Shown: in pieces, positions 16,807 to 26,224 of the stretch
How the letters are laid out: every line of letters begins with the position of its first letter
Position numbering within the stretch: the first letter of the stretch is position 1
From: an uncultured virus (IMG/VR IMGVR_UViG_3300050503_000206)
Taxonomy: Duplodnaviria > Heunggongvirae > Uroviricota > Caudoviricetes
IMG/VR virus record: IMGVR_UViG_3300050503_000206
DNA length: 48,880 nucleotides
Direction: 5' to 3' (one strand)
Translations under genes and position numbers: made by a program
Notes under the pieces: model-generated
The model's input: only the letters and a program-made list of their open reading frames with translations
Told to the model about the DNA's origin: nothing
Databases searched by the model: none

Positions 16807-17790
16807 TCAGCGCGCGCGCAGCTCGGCCCATTCGGCCCAATCGGTGGCGGCTCCACGGGGATAGGCGATCTCGATGTCGATGACTCTCTTTTGGCGCTTC
16901 CCTTCTTCCACTAACCGTTTGCGAAACCCGATCGCGCACTTCATCCCGGATTCCTTCACGTCGCCGAGATCGGGTCCAATGACGATCCTGCGAACGTGCC
17001 GCGGAAGCACGAGGTTCGGCATGTTGCTCGAGCTCACCGCGGCCCATGTCGGCAGCTGCAGAAACATCGAGAGGCCGATCGCGCTCTCGATGCCTTCAGC
17101 GACACCGATCTCTTCCGAGTCGATGCCGAGGCGGATCGCGGCGCCCGACACTGGCGCCAGCGACAGCTTCGCGTTGCCGTGGCGGATCTGCCGCGGCACG
17201 CCGGCGTCGCTCACCTTCACGACGCGCCCGTCGGCAAACTCGTGCAGGTACGTGCGGTGGCACGCGACGATCGTCCCGGCGACGTCGCGGACGACCCCGA
17301 CCATCACGGGACCGAGTTGCTTGGTGTGCGGGTGCTTCTGGTGGCGCCGGTGCGCCACGCGGATGTCGGAGGGCCACACGGCGCCGAGCGGCGCGAGCTT
17401 GCGGGTCTGGCGGAGGTAGCGGTCGACGGGATCTCCCGTGCGCACGAAGGTCGCGGCCTCGACCATCTCGAGCGCGTACGCCTTGATCCGCGCGTCGTCG
17501 GCGGACATCTTGGCGCGATCGACCTCCCACTGCAGCGCCGCAGTCTTGCGCGCCGCTGCGGCGTCCTTCTCGCAGTGGCAGCGCATGCAGCCCCACCACG
17601 GCTGTCCGGCCCGTGGACCTGTGGTCAGGATCCCGGCCCGAAGCGTGTGCTTGCCCCGTTTGCGGCCGTCAGGATCACAGACGGGGCAGTAGGCCTTGAC
17701 CCACCCCCGCATCCATTTGCCATCTCGCAGCGCCGCTACAATCTCGGGTGGGGCTCGCAGCTCGACATACTCGAGCGCGTCCATCGGCAC
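16807..17790 (-). CDS. zinc-finger TOPRIM primase
   Basis: CPVC...WGCMRCHC zinc domain, HRTYL, AEGIESA, PDLGD TOPRIM motifs; upstream of helicase. Confidence 0.8.
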   Translation of the reverse strand: MPMDALEYVELRAPPEIVAALRDGKWMRGWVKAYCPVCDPDGRKRGKHTLRAGILTTGPRAGQPWWGCMRCHCEKDAAAARKTAALQWEVDRAKMSADDARIKAYALEMVEAATFVRTGDPVDRYLRQTRKLAPLGAVWPSDIRVAHRRHQKHPHTKQLGPVMVGVVRDVAGTIVACHRTYLHEFADGRVVKVSDAGVPRQIRHGNAKLSLAPVSGAAIRLGIDSEEIGVAEGIESAIGLSMFLQLPTWAAVSSSNMPNLVLPRHVRRIVIGPDLGDVKESGMKCAIGFRKRLVEEGKRQKRVIDIEIAYPRGAATDWAEWAELRAR

Positions 17791-18025
17791 CTCGGCGCGG
17801 TAGAGGTCATCGGGGATCGTTGTCGTAACGTCTGCGACCCACCCCCGTCAAGATCCGCGCCGTGTCACGTGACGTTGCGTCCGATGCTCGACTTCGCTAG
17901 TCTCCTCGGGCAACGCCGACCATTTCGGTGCGGACAGAGCACTCGGGGAACCGCCACGCCCTCTACAGGTCGTGGCGGTTCGTTTTTCAGCCCCAAGATC
18001 TTGGGCGTGCGGTAGGGTTCGCACC

Positions 18026-18307
18026 GTGCCGATCTACGAGTATCGATGCGACGCCTGCGGGCGCACCGTCGAGGAGTACCAGCAGCACTTCGAGGATCCG
18101 CCGCCGGAGTCCACGGAGATCTGCCCCGAGGCGCCGTCCGATCAGCAAGCTCCGTGCCGACTCGAGCGCATCATCAGCGTCGCCAACCAGAAGTGGAACG
18201 GCGACTACAGCAACGATGGGCGAGGCGGCTGGGTGCGCCAAGGCGACGCGATGGTGAAGATGCAGAAGGGCAAGGAATCCACGCGCTACGGAGAAGGCGT
18301 AGGATAG
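18026..18307 (+). CDS. FmdB-family zinc ribbon protein
   Basis: GTG start, PIYEYRCDACG...CP...LERIIS. Confidence 0.8.
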   Translation: MPIYEYRCDACGRTVEEYQQHFEDPPPESTEICPEAPSDQQAPCRLERIISVANQKWNGDYSNDGRGGWVRQGDAMVKMQKGKESTRYGEGVG

Positions 18308-18330
18308 CCGCGCGTCCGCGCGCGCGAACT

Positions 18331-18545
18331 GGGAATGGTCCGAGTTCGCGACCTCTCTTGTGGGTGCATCGCGCGGGCGCACTTTTCACGTGGTACGCTG
18401 ACGCGCTCGCGCCCGTGCGCGCCCGGGAATGGTCTCGGTCGCACCCACTCCGCAGGTGGTGTCGCTGACTCTCGCGGTGCGCGAGCGTTTTTCGCCGCGT
18501 GCGTGTAACGTATCGTGGGGCGCGCGTCACGATCTGGGAATGGTC
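18331..18545 (+). repeat. three dispersed GGGAATGGTC direct repeats in intergenic DNA
   Basis: Exact 10-mer at 18331, 18425 and 18536. Confidence 0.6.
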
Positions 18546-18652
18546 CTGGGGTCGACGGTTCTGGACATGCGCATCGGCGCGCGTCCCATTTTCGACCGCT
18601 CATGTGAGGTTGCCGATCGTCGTCACGCGATCCTCGCGGTAAGGTCGCCGCG

Positions 18653-19648
18653 ATGTCGAACACCAGACGAGTCCTCGTGGTGCTCGCGATGCTCATGCTC
18701 GCGACTGCCCTGTTGATCCGTGTCGCGTCCGCGTCGTCGTCCAGCGTGAAGCGCTGGGTCGTCGTCCCGCCGGTCGAACTCGTTGAGCGTGGGGTCGCGG
18801 CGGACGAGCCCGAGGTCGAGGTCGAGCTCGAGCCGTACGAGGGCTGGAACACGTGGTGCGAGCGCGTCGTGCCGGCGCCGTGCCGCACCGCCAACGACTG
18901 CGCGCCGGCGCCAGACGGACGCGCGCAGCGCTGTGTGACGCCGTACTGGGCGAACAAAAAGCTGCCGAAGGCCGAACGGCCAAAGGTGTGCGCGAGCCGC
19001 TGGCCCGGTCGCCACGAGCAGCAGTGGAGGCGCGCGCGTCTCGAGACGATCGTCGCGCACGTCTGCCGCCGGCCGGGCTGCGACCCCGTCGAGCTCGCCG
19101 CGTTCGTGGGGACGGTCGCCGCGCGCGAGTCGACGTGGCGACCGTGGAAGGCCCACCGCCTCAACGGCGATCTGCGGGCCAACCGGACGGCGTGGGGGCG
19201 GCTCGCCGGCAAGTACCGCGGCAACCCGCACTACCGCGACCGTGACCGCTGGCAGGGCCTGGGCGACAAGGGCCAGAACGCCGCGCTCTACGTGTTTCTG
19301 TCCGATCCGCAGGCGCCGCCGGAGATCCTCTGCCGCGAGGTCGAGTCGACCGACACGTACCTCGCGCGCGCGCGGATCGCCGTGAACAAGCAGGCCGATC
19401 TGGGCCTGCGTCCGACCTGGGCGAGCGTGCATGCAGCGCTGGCGACGGGGAACATCCGCCCGAGCGCGGCCGCGGTGGAGAGGTTCCGCCCGCAGGCGCG
19501 CAAGGCGGGCATCGACCCCGACGAGCGCGTCAGCGCCCGCGACTTCGGCGATCGACTCGGCGCCGACGTGCCGTCACGCCGGCTCGCTGCCGAGATCCTC
19601 CGCGCCCGCGTCGACGCCCGCTTCGGCGATCGCTTCGAGGCCGGCTGA
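18653..19648 (+). CDS. exported protein, possible lytic transglycosylase/lysozyme-like endolysin
   Basis: N-terminal signal/TM (RRVLVVLAMLMLATALLI), Cys-rich segment, VAARESTWRP resembling the SLT catalytic ES motif and GLGDKGQN resembling GLxQ. Confidence 0.45.
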   Translation: MSNTRRVLVVLAMLMLATALLIRVASASSSSVKRWVVVPPVELVERGVAADEPEVEVELEPYEGWNTWCERVVPAPCRTANDCAPAPDGRAQRCVTPYWANKKLPKAERPKVCASRWPGRHEQQWRRARLETIVAHVCRRPGCDPVELAAFVGTVAARESTWRPWKAHRLNGDLRANRTAWGRLAGKYRGNPHYRDRDRWQGLGDKGQNAALYVFLSDPQAPPEILCREVESTDTYLARARIAVNKQADLGLRPTWASVHAALATGNIRPSAAAVERFRPQARKAGIDPDERVSARDFGDRLGADVPSRRLAAEILRARVDARFGDRFEAG

Positions 19649-19978
19649 CTTGGCTGACTCGGTGGCGTCGCGATATGCATCGATGGCGTCTGCCTGAGCT
19701 TCGGCGGACAGCTGCGTTTCGAGCTGGTGGATCCGCACGAGCGCCCGCGCATGGGCGTCGGTGAGCTCGGCCACGCGACGCTCGAGCGACTCGAGCCGCC
19801 GCAGGGCGTCGGGTGGCGTCGGCTTCGGGCTCTCGGGGTCGACGACCTTCAGGCGGGCCGCAGGACTCATCGCGGGCGGAGGCGTGGCCTTCGTGAACAG
19901 TCGTTGCTTCGACGCCGACGGGTAGTTCGGGCGGCTGCCGGCGTGCTTCACCTTTCGCTTCGCGGGGGTCGTGGCCAT
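19574..19978 (-). CDS. hypothetical coiled-coil protein
   Basis: Basic N-terminus then heptad region (LRRLESLERRVAELTD); convergent overlap with 18653-19648. Confidence 0.55.
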   Translation of the reverse strand: MATTPAKRKVKHAGSRPNYPSASKQRLFTKATPPPAMSPAARLKVVDPESPKPTPPDALRRLESLERRVAELTDAHARALVRIHQLETQLSAEAQADAIDAYRDATESAKSAGLEAIAEAGVDAGAEDLGSEPA

Positions 19979-20190
19979 GCGGCCAATCTACCGCGTTGAC
20001 GCGCGGGCCGCGAGCGTCTACGGTGCCAGCGGATCCGAGAGCTTCCGCGCCGGAGCCTACACGCACGCCGCAAGGCACCTGAATAAGGATCAGACCCTCG
20101 CGCTCCGGCCACTCGCCCTCGTCTCCCTCCGTTCCAGTGGACAGCTCGATCGAGGAACACGGTGCCAGCCGTGCGCCTCACCTGCGCCTC

Positions 20191-20385
20191 ATGCTCGTCC
20201 GGATCGTCAGCGAGACCTTCGTCTGCGGAGTGGTGCTCGACGGCGAGCGCATCGATCGCTGCGCCCCGTACCTCGCGTCGTGCTTGCGCCGATCCGGACG
20301 CTATGATCGCGCAGGGCTTCGCGATCTCGTGCGACGCAACCCGACATGGCGCGCCGAGCTCGTCGAGGTTGCGAAGGCGCCGTAA
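20191..20385 (+). CDS. small hypothetical phage protein
   Basis: MLVRIVSETFVCGVVLDGERIDRCAPYL; protein-like composition. Confidence 0.55.
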   Translation: MLVRIVSETFVCGVVLDGERIDRCAPYLASCLRRSGRYDRAGLRDLVRRNPTWRAELVEVAKAP

Positions 20386-20414
20386 CTCGCTAGGCCGTCG
20401 CGTGGAGGTCCACC

Positions 20415-20570
20415 ATGACCTGGCCCGTGATCCTGTTCGTCGTGTTGCTCATCGCCCTGCTCGGCTCGGCGCCTTTTTGGCCGTACAGCCGCGCGTGGGG
20501 TCCGTACCCCAGCATCGTCCTGCTCGTGGCGACCGTGCTCGTCGGCCTCAAGGTCTTCGGCGCGATGTGA
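20415..20570 (+). CDS. DUF3309-like small membrane protein
   Basis: Manual translation MTWPVILFVVLLIALLGSAPFWPYSRAWGPYPSIVLLV...; GGAGG RBS; WPYSR.WG.YPS signature; below ORF-track cutoff. Confidence 0.7.
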   Translation: MTWPVILFVVLLIALLGSAPFWPYSRAWGPYPSIVLLVATVLVGLKVFGAM

Positions 20571-20651
20571 ACGTCACGTCGCCCAGCAGCAGCTCAATCA
20601 GCATCACGACGCACAGCGCCATGCCGCCGTTGCACACGGCCTCGTAGAGCG

Positions 20652-21338
20652 TCACGGGACACCGTCGAGGCCGAGCAGACGGCGAGCTGCGTTCACGGGC
20701 TCGACGCCGCGACCGACGTAGTTCCACACGCCGTCGATGCGTCGCCAGCGAGCGGCGGACACCGGCACGAGCACACCGAACGTGTCCTCGTTCGACGCCC
20801 CCATGCCGCGTCGCATCTCGTTGCGCAGCACGGCGTCTCGCACGTGCCAGAGCAGGTAATGCTGCGAGTACACGTAGACGAACGTCCGGTTCGGATCCGC
20901 GTTCGCGTAGACCGTCGCCTCCGAGCCCGCGACGCTTTCGAGCGACGCGCTCACGTACTCGATGCAGCCGACGTCACGCACGATCCGATCGGCACGACAG
21001 TCCGTGTATCGGCACGAGACCAAGCGCTCGAGGCTCATACTGAGGATCTCGGCGGTGCGACGAAGACCGTCGCGGTGGTACTCCCGTGCGCCTGCAGTCG
21101 TGTCCTCCATGACCTCGACGAAGTTGCGGTCGAAGCGATCGGGGTCGATGGGCTGTCCCTTGCACTCGATGGTGCTCTTTCCGGTGTCGAGATCGCCGCT
21201 GCTGCGGTTGCGCTGCGGCTCGGCGATGGTGGAGACGCGTACGCCGAGCACGCTGTCGCAGAAGTCCCGCACGATCCCGAGCGTGGCGTCCTCTTTGCCG
21301 CGGCCCAGCCGATAGCCGTCGCTGCGCGAGACACTCAC
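20652..21338 (-). CDS. PD-(D/E)xK nuclease-like protein
   Basis: GKE...GDLD...TIECK motif; GTGA overlap start. Confidence 0.55.
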   Translation of the reverse strand: MSVSRSDGYRLGRGKEDATLGIVRDFCDSVLGVRVSTIAEPQRNRSSGDLDTGKSTIECKGQPIDPDRFDRNFVEVMEDTTAGAREYHRDGLRRTAEILSMSLERLVSCRYTDCRADRIVRDVGCIEYVSASLESVAGSEATVYANADPNRTFVYVYSQHYLLWHVRDAVLRNEMRRGMGASNEDTFGVLVPVSAARWRRIDGVWNYVGRGVEPVNAARRLLGLDGVP

Positions 21339-22240
21339 CGGTGTGTGTCCCCGAGGTGATAGCCCGGCGGTCGATGTCCAGGCTCCGGCGGCGGCTCCGG
21401 ATCCTTCTTCTCGTTCATGGTCTGCATGAGCACGCGCAGGACACCGAGCTGCTTGCGCGCGTCCTCGAGCGCGTCGATGTGGATCTGGACGCCACGGACC
21501 GCGCTCTCGATCGCCTTCTGGCCCGTGCTCCATCCGTCGAGCCACCGCAGGAAGTCGATGGCGCCGGCGATCACGGAGATGTGGTACGGCTTGCCGAGCG
21601 CGGCAGTGAGTCGCGACTCGGCCGCTTCGCGATCGCGACACGCCGAGTCGAGCTGCGCTTTCAGAGATGAGATCTGCCGCTCGTACTCGGGCCCGAACTC
21701 CGCCTCGAGCTTCGCGCGGATCTCCTCGTGGATCTCGTAGCGCACCTCTTGCCGGATCCGCTCGACGTCGAAGTGCTCGGCGGCGCGTCGCAGGATCGCA
21801 GCGGTGAACGTCCGGTCGATCTCCTTCGCGTCGAGCTTCGTCGCCTCCTTCACGACGCGCAGCGACTGCTTGCCGCGGATCTCGACGGGCGCGAGCAGTC
21901 CCCACGCAGGCGGCAGCTCGAGGCCATCCACGATGCCGATCGCGCCGACGGCGAGCCACCAGTAGTCGCAGTACTTCGCCACCGCGTCGGCCTTCTGCGG
22001 CGTCGCGAGCTCGCGCATGACGTCTTGGCGACTCACCTTGACCTCGAAGCCGTGGAACACGAGGCCTCGGCTGGGCCACAGCGACATCGCGAACCCGTCG
22101 GCCCAGCGGCGCTGGTTCATACCCGTGCCGTCACCGACGTTCTCGAAGAACGCCCACGCCGGCGACGGGTAGCGCTCGCGCAACAGCTTCACGACCTGCG
22201 CCGCAGTGGTGAGCTTGACGTCGGTCCCCTTCGGTTTCAT
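21335..22240 (-). CDS. MmcB-like PD-(D/E)xK nuclease domain protein with coiled-coil tail
   Basis: RWADGFAMSLWPSRG..HGFEVKVSRQD..EL..PQK..YCDYWWL..ELPPAWGL. Confidence 0.7.
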   Translation of the reverse strand: MKPKGTDVKLTTAAQVVKLLRERYPSPAWAFFENVGDGTGMNQRRWADGFAMSLWPSRGLVFHGFEVKVSRQDVMRELATPQKADAVAKYCDYWWLAVGAIGIVDGLELPPAWGLLAPVEIRGKQSLRVVKEATKLDAKEIDRTFTAAILRRAAEHFDVERIRQEVRYEIHEEIRAKLEAEFGPEYERQISSLKAQLDSACRDREAAESRLTAALGKPYHISVIAGAIDFLRWLDGWSTGQKAIESAVRGVQIHIDALEDARKQLGVLRVLMQTMNEKKDPEPPPEPGHRPPGYHLGDTHR

Positions 22241-22731
22241 GCGACGGTACCTCCGGAGATCGGAGGGTACACGCGGCCACTGATGTCTCCGGTACGGTGA
22301 TAGCGATGGTGCGCCGCGTCCGTGGAGAAGACCCAGAGGTTCGATGGCGTGTTGTTCTTCTTGTTCTCGTCGACGTGATGAACGACTTCTCCTACGCGGA
22401 GAGGACGACCTAAAAGCGTCTCGGCAACGACACGATGCTCGCGTCGTCGCGACCGTGGAGCTGTCCACACCTGGATGTAGCGGTTAGCGCCCTCGTCGTA
22501 TCGCCCACCTCGCCAGTTTCGACACACCGACCCAGTTGCGTGGAGCGATCCCCCAGCCTTCAACCGAGCGAGACATCGTCGGCAAGTTGAACCTTTGGTC
22601 GCGAAGTGAAGCGGTGCCGAGCATTGATCGCAGCCAGGTCCGGGCTTGCGTCGCAGCTTTCGGTGCATATTGCAGAGTCCGTTTCGCGCGTCAGAACGCA
22701 GCCTCTTCCCGCAGATCGAACACGTCAGCAC
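22237..22731 (-). CDS. HNH endonuclease with N-terminal zinc fingers
   Basis: CSICG, CDQC, CRRC; EHRVVAE..LGRPL...EVVHHVDENKKNNTPSNL; GAAGGAG RBS before GTG. Confidence 0.85.
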   Translation of the reverse strand: MLTCSICGKRLRSDARNGLCNMHRKLRRKPGPGCDQCSAPLHFATKGSTCRRCLARLKAGGSLHATGSVCRNWRGGRYDEGANRYIQVWTAPRSRRREHRVVAETLLGRPLRVGEVVHHVDENKKNNTPSNLWVFSTDAAHHRYHRTGDISGRVYPPISGGTVA

Positions 22732-24029
22732 ACGGTCACTCCTTCGCGCTCGAACCACTCCCTCACGCTGCGCGCTACAGCTTCGGCGAGTAGAGGACTC
22801 ATGGCCATTCCGATCTGCGCGTTACGGCTGCCCTTGGTCTTGCCCACGAACGTCCACGGGCGCCGCGGCAACCAGCAGTCCTGACACGTGATCGAGATCA
22901 GGCGCTGGTCGCCGTTCGCGTGCGCCTCACGCCGCGCCTCGAGCTCCGCGAGCGGGAACCCGCCGTTGCACCCGCAGACGTGGTCGGGAAACGACTGCAG
23001 TCGCGCTCGCGCGCGCTCCGACAGCACGACCGCCTTCCAACCCTGGTAGGGCTTGCCCTTCCACTTGTCCTTGCTCGTCTGCGTGTGCCCGGGCTGCGGG
23101 ATCCAGTTCTCGCCGCAGACGGTCGTCGCTGGTCGGTCCCACGGCCACGGGAGCACGGTGGGCTCGACGACCATGCGGTTGCCACCGGCGCTCGCGCGCG
23201 TCGTCACGGTGCGTCCGGGCTCGTCCGCGTGACTCGGCGGAAACCCGTTGGCCATGACTTTGAGGACGTCTCCGCCAGCGGATCCGCCGTCGTGCCGCGC
23301 GCAGATCGTGTGTGCGGGCGCGTCGGGCTCGGACCACGGGTGCGCCCCGCCGCCGTTCTTCGCGGCCGGCGGTCGGAGTCGCCGCACCTTGCCGAGCTCG
23401 TCCAGCGGCAGGTCGCACAGCGCCTGCCGGCACGTCACCCACGGCAACAGCTCGGTGCCGCCGATCGCGAGCTGGCGGGTCGGTGGTCCGTGGGTCGGCG
23501 AGGGCCACGTAATAGACGCTCGTCCTTTGTATGCGTACCAGAAAGGTCGGATGCGCCGCTGTGGCACGCCGTAGTCGGCCGCGTCGAGCACGACGTGGTC
23601 GATGCAATAGCCGCGGTAGCTGAGCGCTCCCACCGTGTCGGCGAGCGCTTCAGCGGCGTTCTCATGATCGAGACCTGGCACGTTGCCGAGCAGGAATGCT
23701 CTCGGCTCGAGCAGGTGAACAAGCTCAATGAGCGGCCGCAGGCAGTCGCGTTCGTCGTTGAGCCCAGCCTTCTTGCCCGCGGAACTCCACGGGGTGCAAG
23801 GCGGGTCAGCGACGAGCAGGTCGAGCGGCTTGCCCGGTCTCCATCCGCACTGCGCAAGCCGTAGCAAGTCGCGCAGATCCATGCGCAGCGGCGCGTGACC
23901 CATGTTGTGCGTGTACGACGCGCAGGCGTCCTCGTCCTTGTCGACCACCACTCCGAACTCGATGCCAGCGCGACGGAACCCGAGCGCCATGCCGCCTGCG
24001 CAGCTGCAGATCTCCATCGCGTTCACCAC
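22725..24029 (-). CDS. C5 cytosine DNA methyltransferase with variant motifs
   Basis: CSCAGG (motif I variant), ADPPC (IV), GNVPG (VI variant), YGVPQRRIR (VIII), RARLQSFP (IX), QIGMA (X). Confidence 0.8.
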   Translation of the reverse strand: MVNAMEICSCAGGMALGFRRAGIEFGVVVDKDEDACASYTHNMGHAPLRMDLRDLLRLAQCGWRPGKPLDLLVADPPCTPWSSAGKKAGLNDERDCLRPLIELVHLLEPRAFLLGNVPGLDHENAAEALADTVGALSYRGYCIDHVVLDAADYGVPQRRIRPFWYAYKGRASITWPSPTHGPPTRQLAIGGTELLPWVTCRQALCDLPLDELGKVRRLRPPAAKNGGGAHPWSEPDAPAHTICARHDGGSAGGDVLKVMANGFPPSHADEPGRTVTTRASAGGNRMVVEPTVLPWPWDRPATTVCGENWIPQPGHTQTSKDKWKGKPYQGWKAVVLSERARARLQSFPDHVCGCNGGFPLAELEARREAHANGDQRLISITCQDCWLPRRPWTFVGKTKGSRNAQIGMAMSPLLAEAVARSVREWFEREGVTVC

Positions 24030-24415
24030 GACGAGCTCGCCTTCTGCAGCTCGAGCAGCACGGCGAGGTGGAACGGGATGTCCGGGTTGCGCTCGTGGAT
24101 CTTCTCGAAGAGATCGATCGGGATGTCGACGTTGGCGCGGCGCACGACGGCCGGCGGGATCCCACGGCGGATGCGAGCTCCCTTGACGCTCGTGGTGTGG
24201 ATCCCGAGCTGCTGCGCGAGCACGGGATCGGGGATCTTGCCCAGCGGCTGCGCGCTCCAGTCGATCTTCGCGGGGCCGAGGCTGTATCGGCAGATGTCGC
24301 GGCGGTGGACGGCGACCTGCTCACGCGTCACGCCGATGCGCTCTGCGATCTCTTCGTCGGGTGAGATCCCGAGGTCGTCGATGGACGCCCAGTCGACTCG
24401 GACTCCGGTCGGCAT
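24023..24415 (-). CDS. tandem HTH-like DNA-binding protein
   Basis: Two DWxxxxLG..PD..(I/L)A..(I/L)G.....V...R repeats. Confidence 0.65.
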   Translation of the reverse strand: MPTGVRVDWASIDDLGISPDEEIAERIGVTREQVAVHRRDICRYSLGPAKIDWSAQPLGKIPDPVLAQQLGIHTTSVKGARIRRGIPPAVVRRANVDIPIDLFEKIHERNPDIPFHLAVLLELQKASSSW

Positions 24416-24603
24416 CACGTGGTCTTTCGCTTGATCCGCACGAGGGTTTCGGCGCCGCGCCGCTCGACGATCTCGGCGACCGTCTCGTGCGCGGGCTCGC
24501 GGGCGTCCGCGTAGCGCACTACGATGTTCGCGCCGAGCACGGGCACGCCCTTCACGCGCACGCCGAGCGTCCCGTCGGGCAGCTTGGTCCAGTAGCCGAT
24601 CAT
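24415..24603 (-). CDS. hypothetical protein
   Basis: Fits tightly packed operon; TGATG overlap. Confidence 0.6.
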   Translation of the reverse strand: MIGYWTKLPDGTLGVRVKGVPVLGANIVVRYADAREPAHETVAEIVERRGAETLVRIKRKTT

Positions 24604-24608
24604 CGTCG

Positions 24609-25028
24609 TCAGCCCTCGGTTGGCGCCAACGCGTCACGTCGCTGCTGCAACCAGTCCGCGAACGTCTCGGGCGCGATCTTCCCGTCGTAGGCGTCGGGGT
24701 TGTTCCGCCAGAACTCGATCCAGAGGTCGATGAGTTGGAGCACCTCTGACGGGGCCGCCATCGCGGGCACAGGCCCCGGGTAGGCGCCGAGCGGGCTCTT
24801 GAAGTGCAGCGCCCCGTACCCGAGCACGTGGCCGATGCAGTCCTCGACGAACACCCGCGAGTCTCGCGAGTGCACCCATATCAAGAACGATTCCTTGTCG
24901 AGCTCTTCGACCGCGACAGTCTCGCCGTAGCCGTTCTCGTCGTTGGCACGTACGTACTGCTGGAGCTTCGGCGTCGCGCCGTGCAGGCGCCGCGCGGGAT
25001 CGACACGTAGTTGCTTGCGCTCAACCAT
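24609..25028 (-). CDS. hypothetical protein
   Basis: Protein-like composition, GGAGG RBS. Confidence 0.65.
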   Translation of the reverse strand: MVERKQLRVDPARRLHGATPKLQQYVRANDENGYGETVAVEELDKESFLIWVHSRDSRVFVEDCIGHVLGYGALHFKSPLGAYPGPVPAMAAPSEVLQLIDLWIEFWRNNPDAYDGKIAPETFADWLQQRRDALAPTEG

Positions 25029-25383
25029 GGCCGCCGTCCTCCGTGGACTCGAGCGCAGTACCCTCCGCGGCGGCCTGCGCTTGCACGCGCGCCATCAGGG
25101 TGGCGAGCTGTTGGTCGATGCCCTGCTGCTCCACGCGGGCGCGCAGGTTGTCGATCAGCTTCAAGCCCCACAGCACCGCCATCGCTCCGGTCCACGTGTC
25201 GACGCAGCCCTGGTAGTGGTGCACGCTGGTGCCGGAGATCGTGACCGCGAGCATCGCCGTGCCGCGGCCGGAGTCGATCTCGTCGGCCATGCGGCGCAGG
25301 GCGTCGGCGGCGTCGTTACGCCACGTCCGCGGCGGCGGCTCCGCGGGAACGTCCGCGGGAGTGGGCGGATCGTCAGTGATCAT
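25021..25383 (-). CDS. hypothetical protein
   Basis: Start MITDDPP with GGAGG RBS; ATGA overlap. Confidence 0.6.
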   Translation of the reverse strand: MITDDPPTPADVPAEPPPRTWRNDAADALRRMADEIDSGRGTAMLAVTISGTSVHHYQGCVDTWTGAMAVLWGLKLIDNLRARVEQQGIDQQLATLMARVQAQAAAEGTALESTEDGGHG

Positions 25384-25721
25384 GTGTCCCCTCCATGGCG
25401 GGAGACGAGGCTCACGAGGGTCTGCTCGAGGTTCGCGAGCCGGTGTTCGAACTCGCCGACGCGCTTGGTCAGAGACTCGTTGTCGGCCCGCAGGGCCTTG
25501 GCCTGAACCGACGTGAAGAGCCACGCCAGCATGATGCCGTCGACGATCGTGACGTTGGGCGGCGACTTTACCGTGAAGATGTCGCGCAGCTTCTGCAACC
25601 CCTCGTACACCGTCGGTCCCCAGGTCAGGAACGGGAAGTCGGCGAGCGGCCAGTCGACGCGGAACTCGTCGAGCGTTCCTTCGAGGATGGGGAACGCGGT
25701 CTTGACGTGGATGAACTTCAT
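25380..25721 (-). CDS. hypothetical protein with coiled-coil tail
   Basis: GAGG RBS; protein-like composition. Confidence 0.65.
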   Translation of the reverse strand: MKFIHVKTAFPILEGTLDEFRVDWPLADFPFLTWGPTVYEGLQKLRDIFTVKSPPNVTIVDGIMLAWLFTSVQAKALRADNESLTKRVGEFEHRLANLEQTLVSLVSRHGGDT

Positions 25722-25739
25722 CGGATCCTCTTCTGCTGG

Positions 25740-25979
25740 TTAGACCTTCGGGCCGGACAGACCCAGTTCCTGAAACAACGATGCGATCTCCCCCAACACC
25801 TGGTCGTCGCCGGTCGGAGCGTCGTTGTCGAGCAGGCGTTGCGAGAACACGGCGAACATCTTCCACGCGGTTCCGTACGACGGATCGACCGCGGTGTGTC
25901 GCTTCGCGTGGAGCGCGAGCATGAGCGCGATCTTGGCCCATCGCTGGCGCTCGTCCTCACGGATCTGGGCTTCGGTCAT
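25740..25979 (-). CDS. hypothetical protein
   Basis: ATGA overlap; operon context. Confidence 0.6.
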   Translation of the reverse strand: MTEAQIREDERQRWAKIALMLALHAKRHTAVDPSYGTAWKMFAVFSQRLLDNDAPTGDDQVLGEIASLFQELGLSGPKV

Positions 25980-26224
25980 GGCAAACCTCGGGCCCCGAAC
26001 GACACCATCAGCAAGACGATGGTGTAGAGGCCTCTCAGATCCCGAAGCTCGGCCTCCAGTTTCTCGGTCGCCCTGCGCGCGTTCTCCCGTTCTCCGTCGG
26101 CACCACGTTCACAGAGCGGGCGTAGCTTCACGATCTTGGATTCGACGACCTCGACGCGTGCGGCGACCTGATCGAGCCACGCGGGCGGTGCTTCACCTTC
26201 GAGATCTTCGAACAGCATCATCAT
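25976..26224 (-). CDS. hypothetical protein
   Basis: Start MMMLFEDL with AGGAG RBS; overlaps helicase stop. Confidence 0.55.
   Translation of the reverse strand: MMMLFEDLEGEAPPAWLDQVAARVEVVESKIVKLRPLCERGADGERENARRATEKLEAELRDLRGLYTIVLLMVSFGARGLP

Noticed and set aside
18331..18545. GGGAATGGTC repeats as a mini-CRISPR
   Set aside because: Repeat is only 10 bp and the gaps (84 and 101 bp) are too long and unequal
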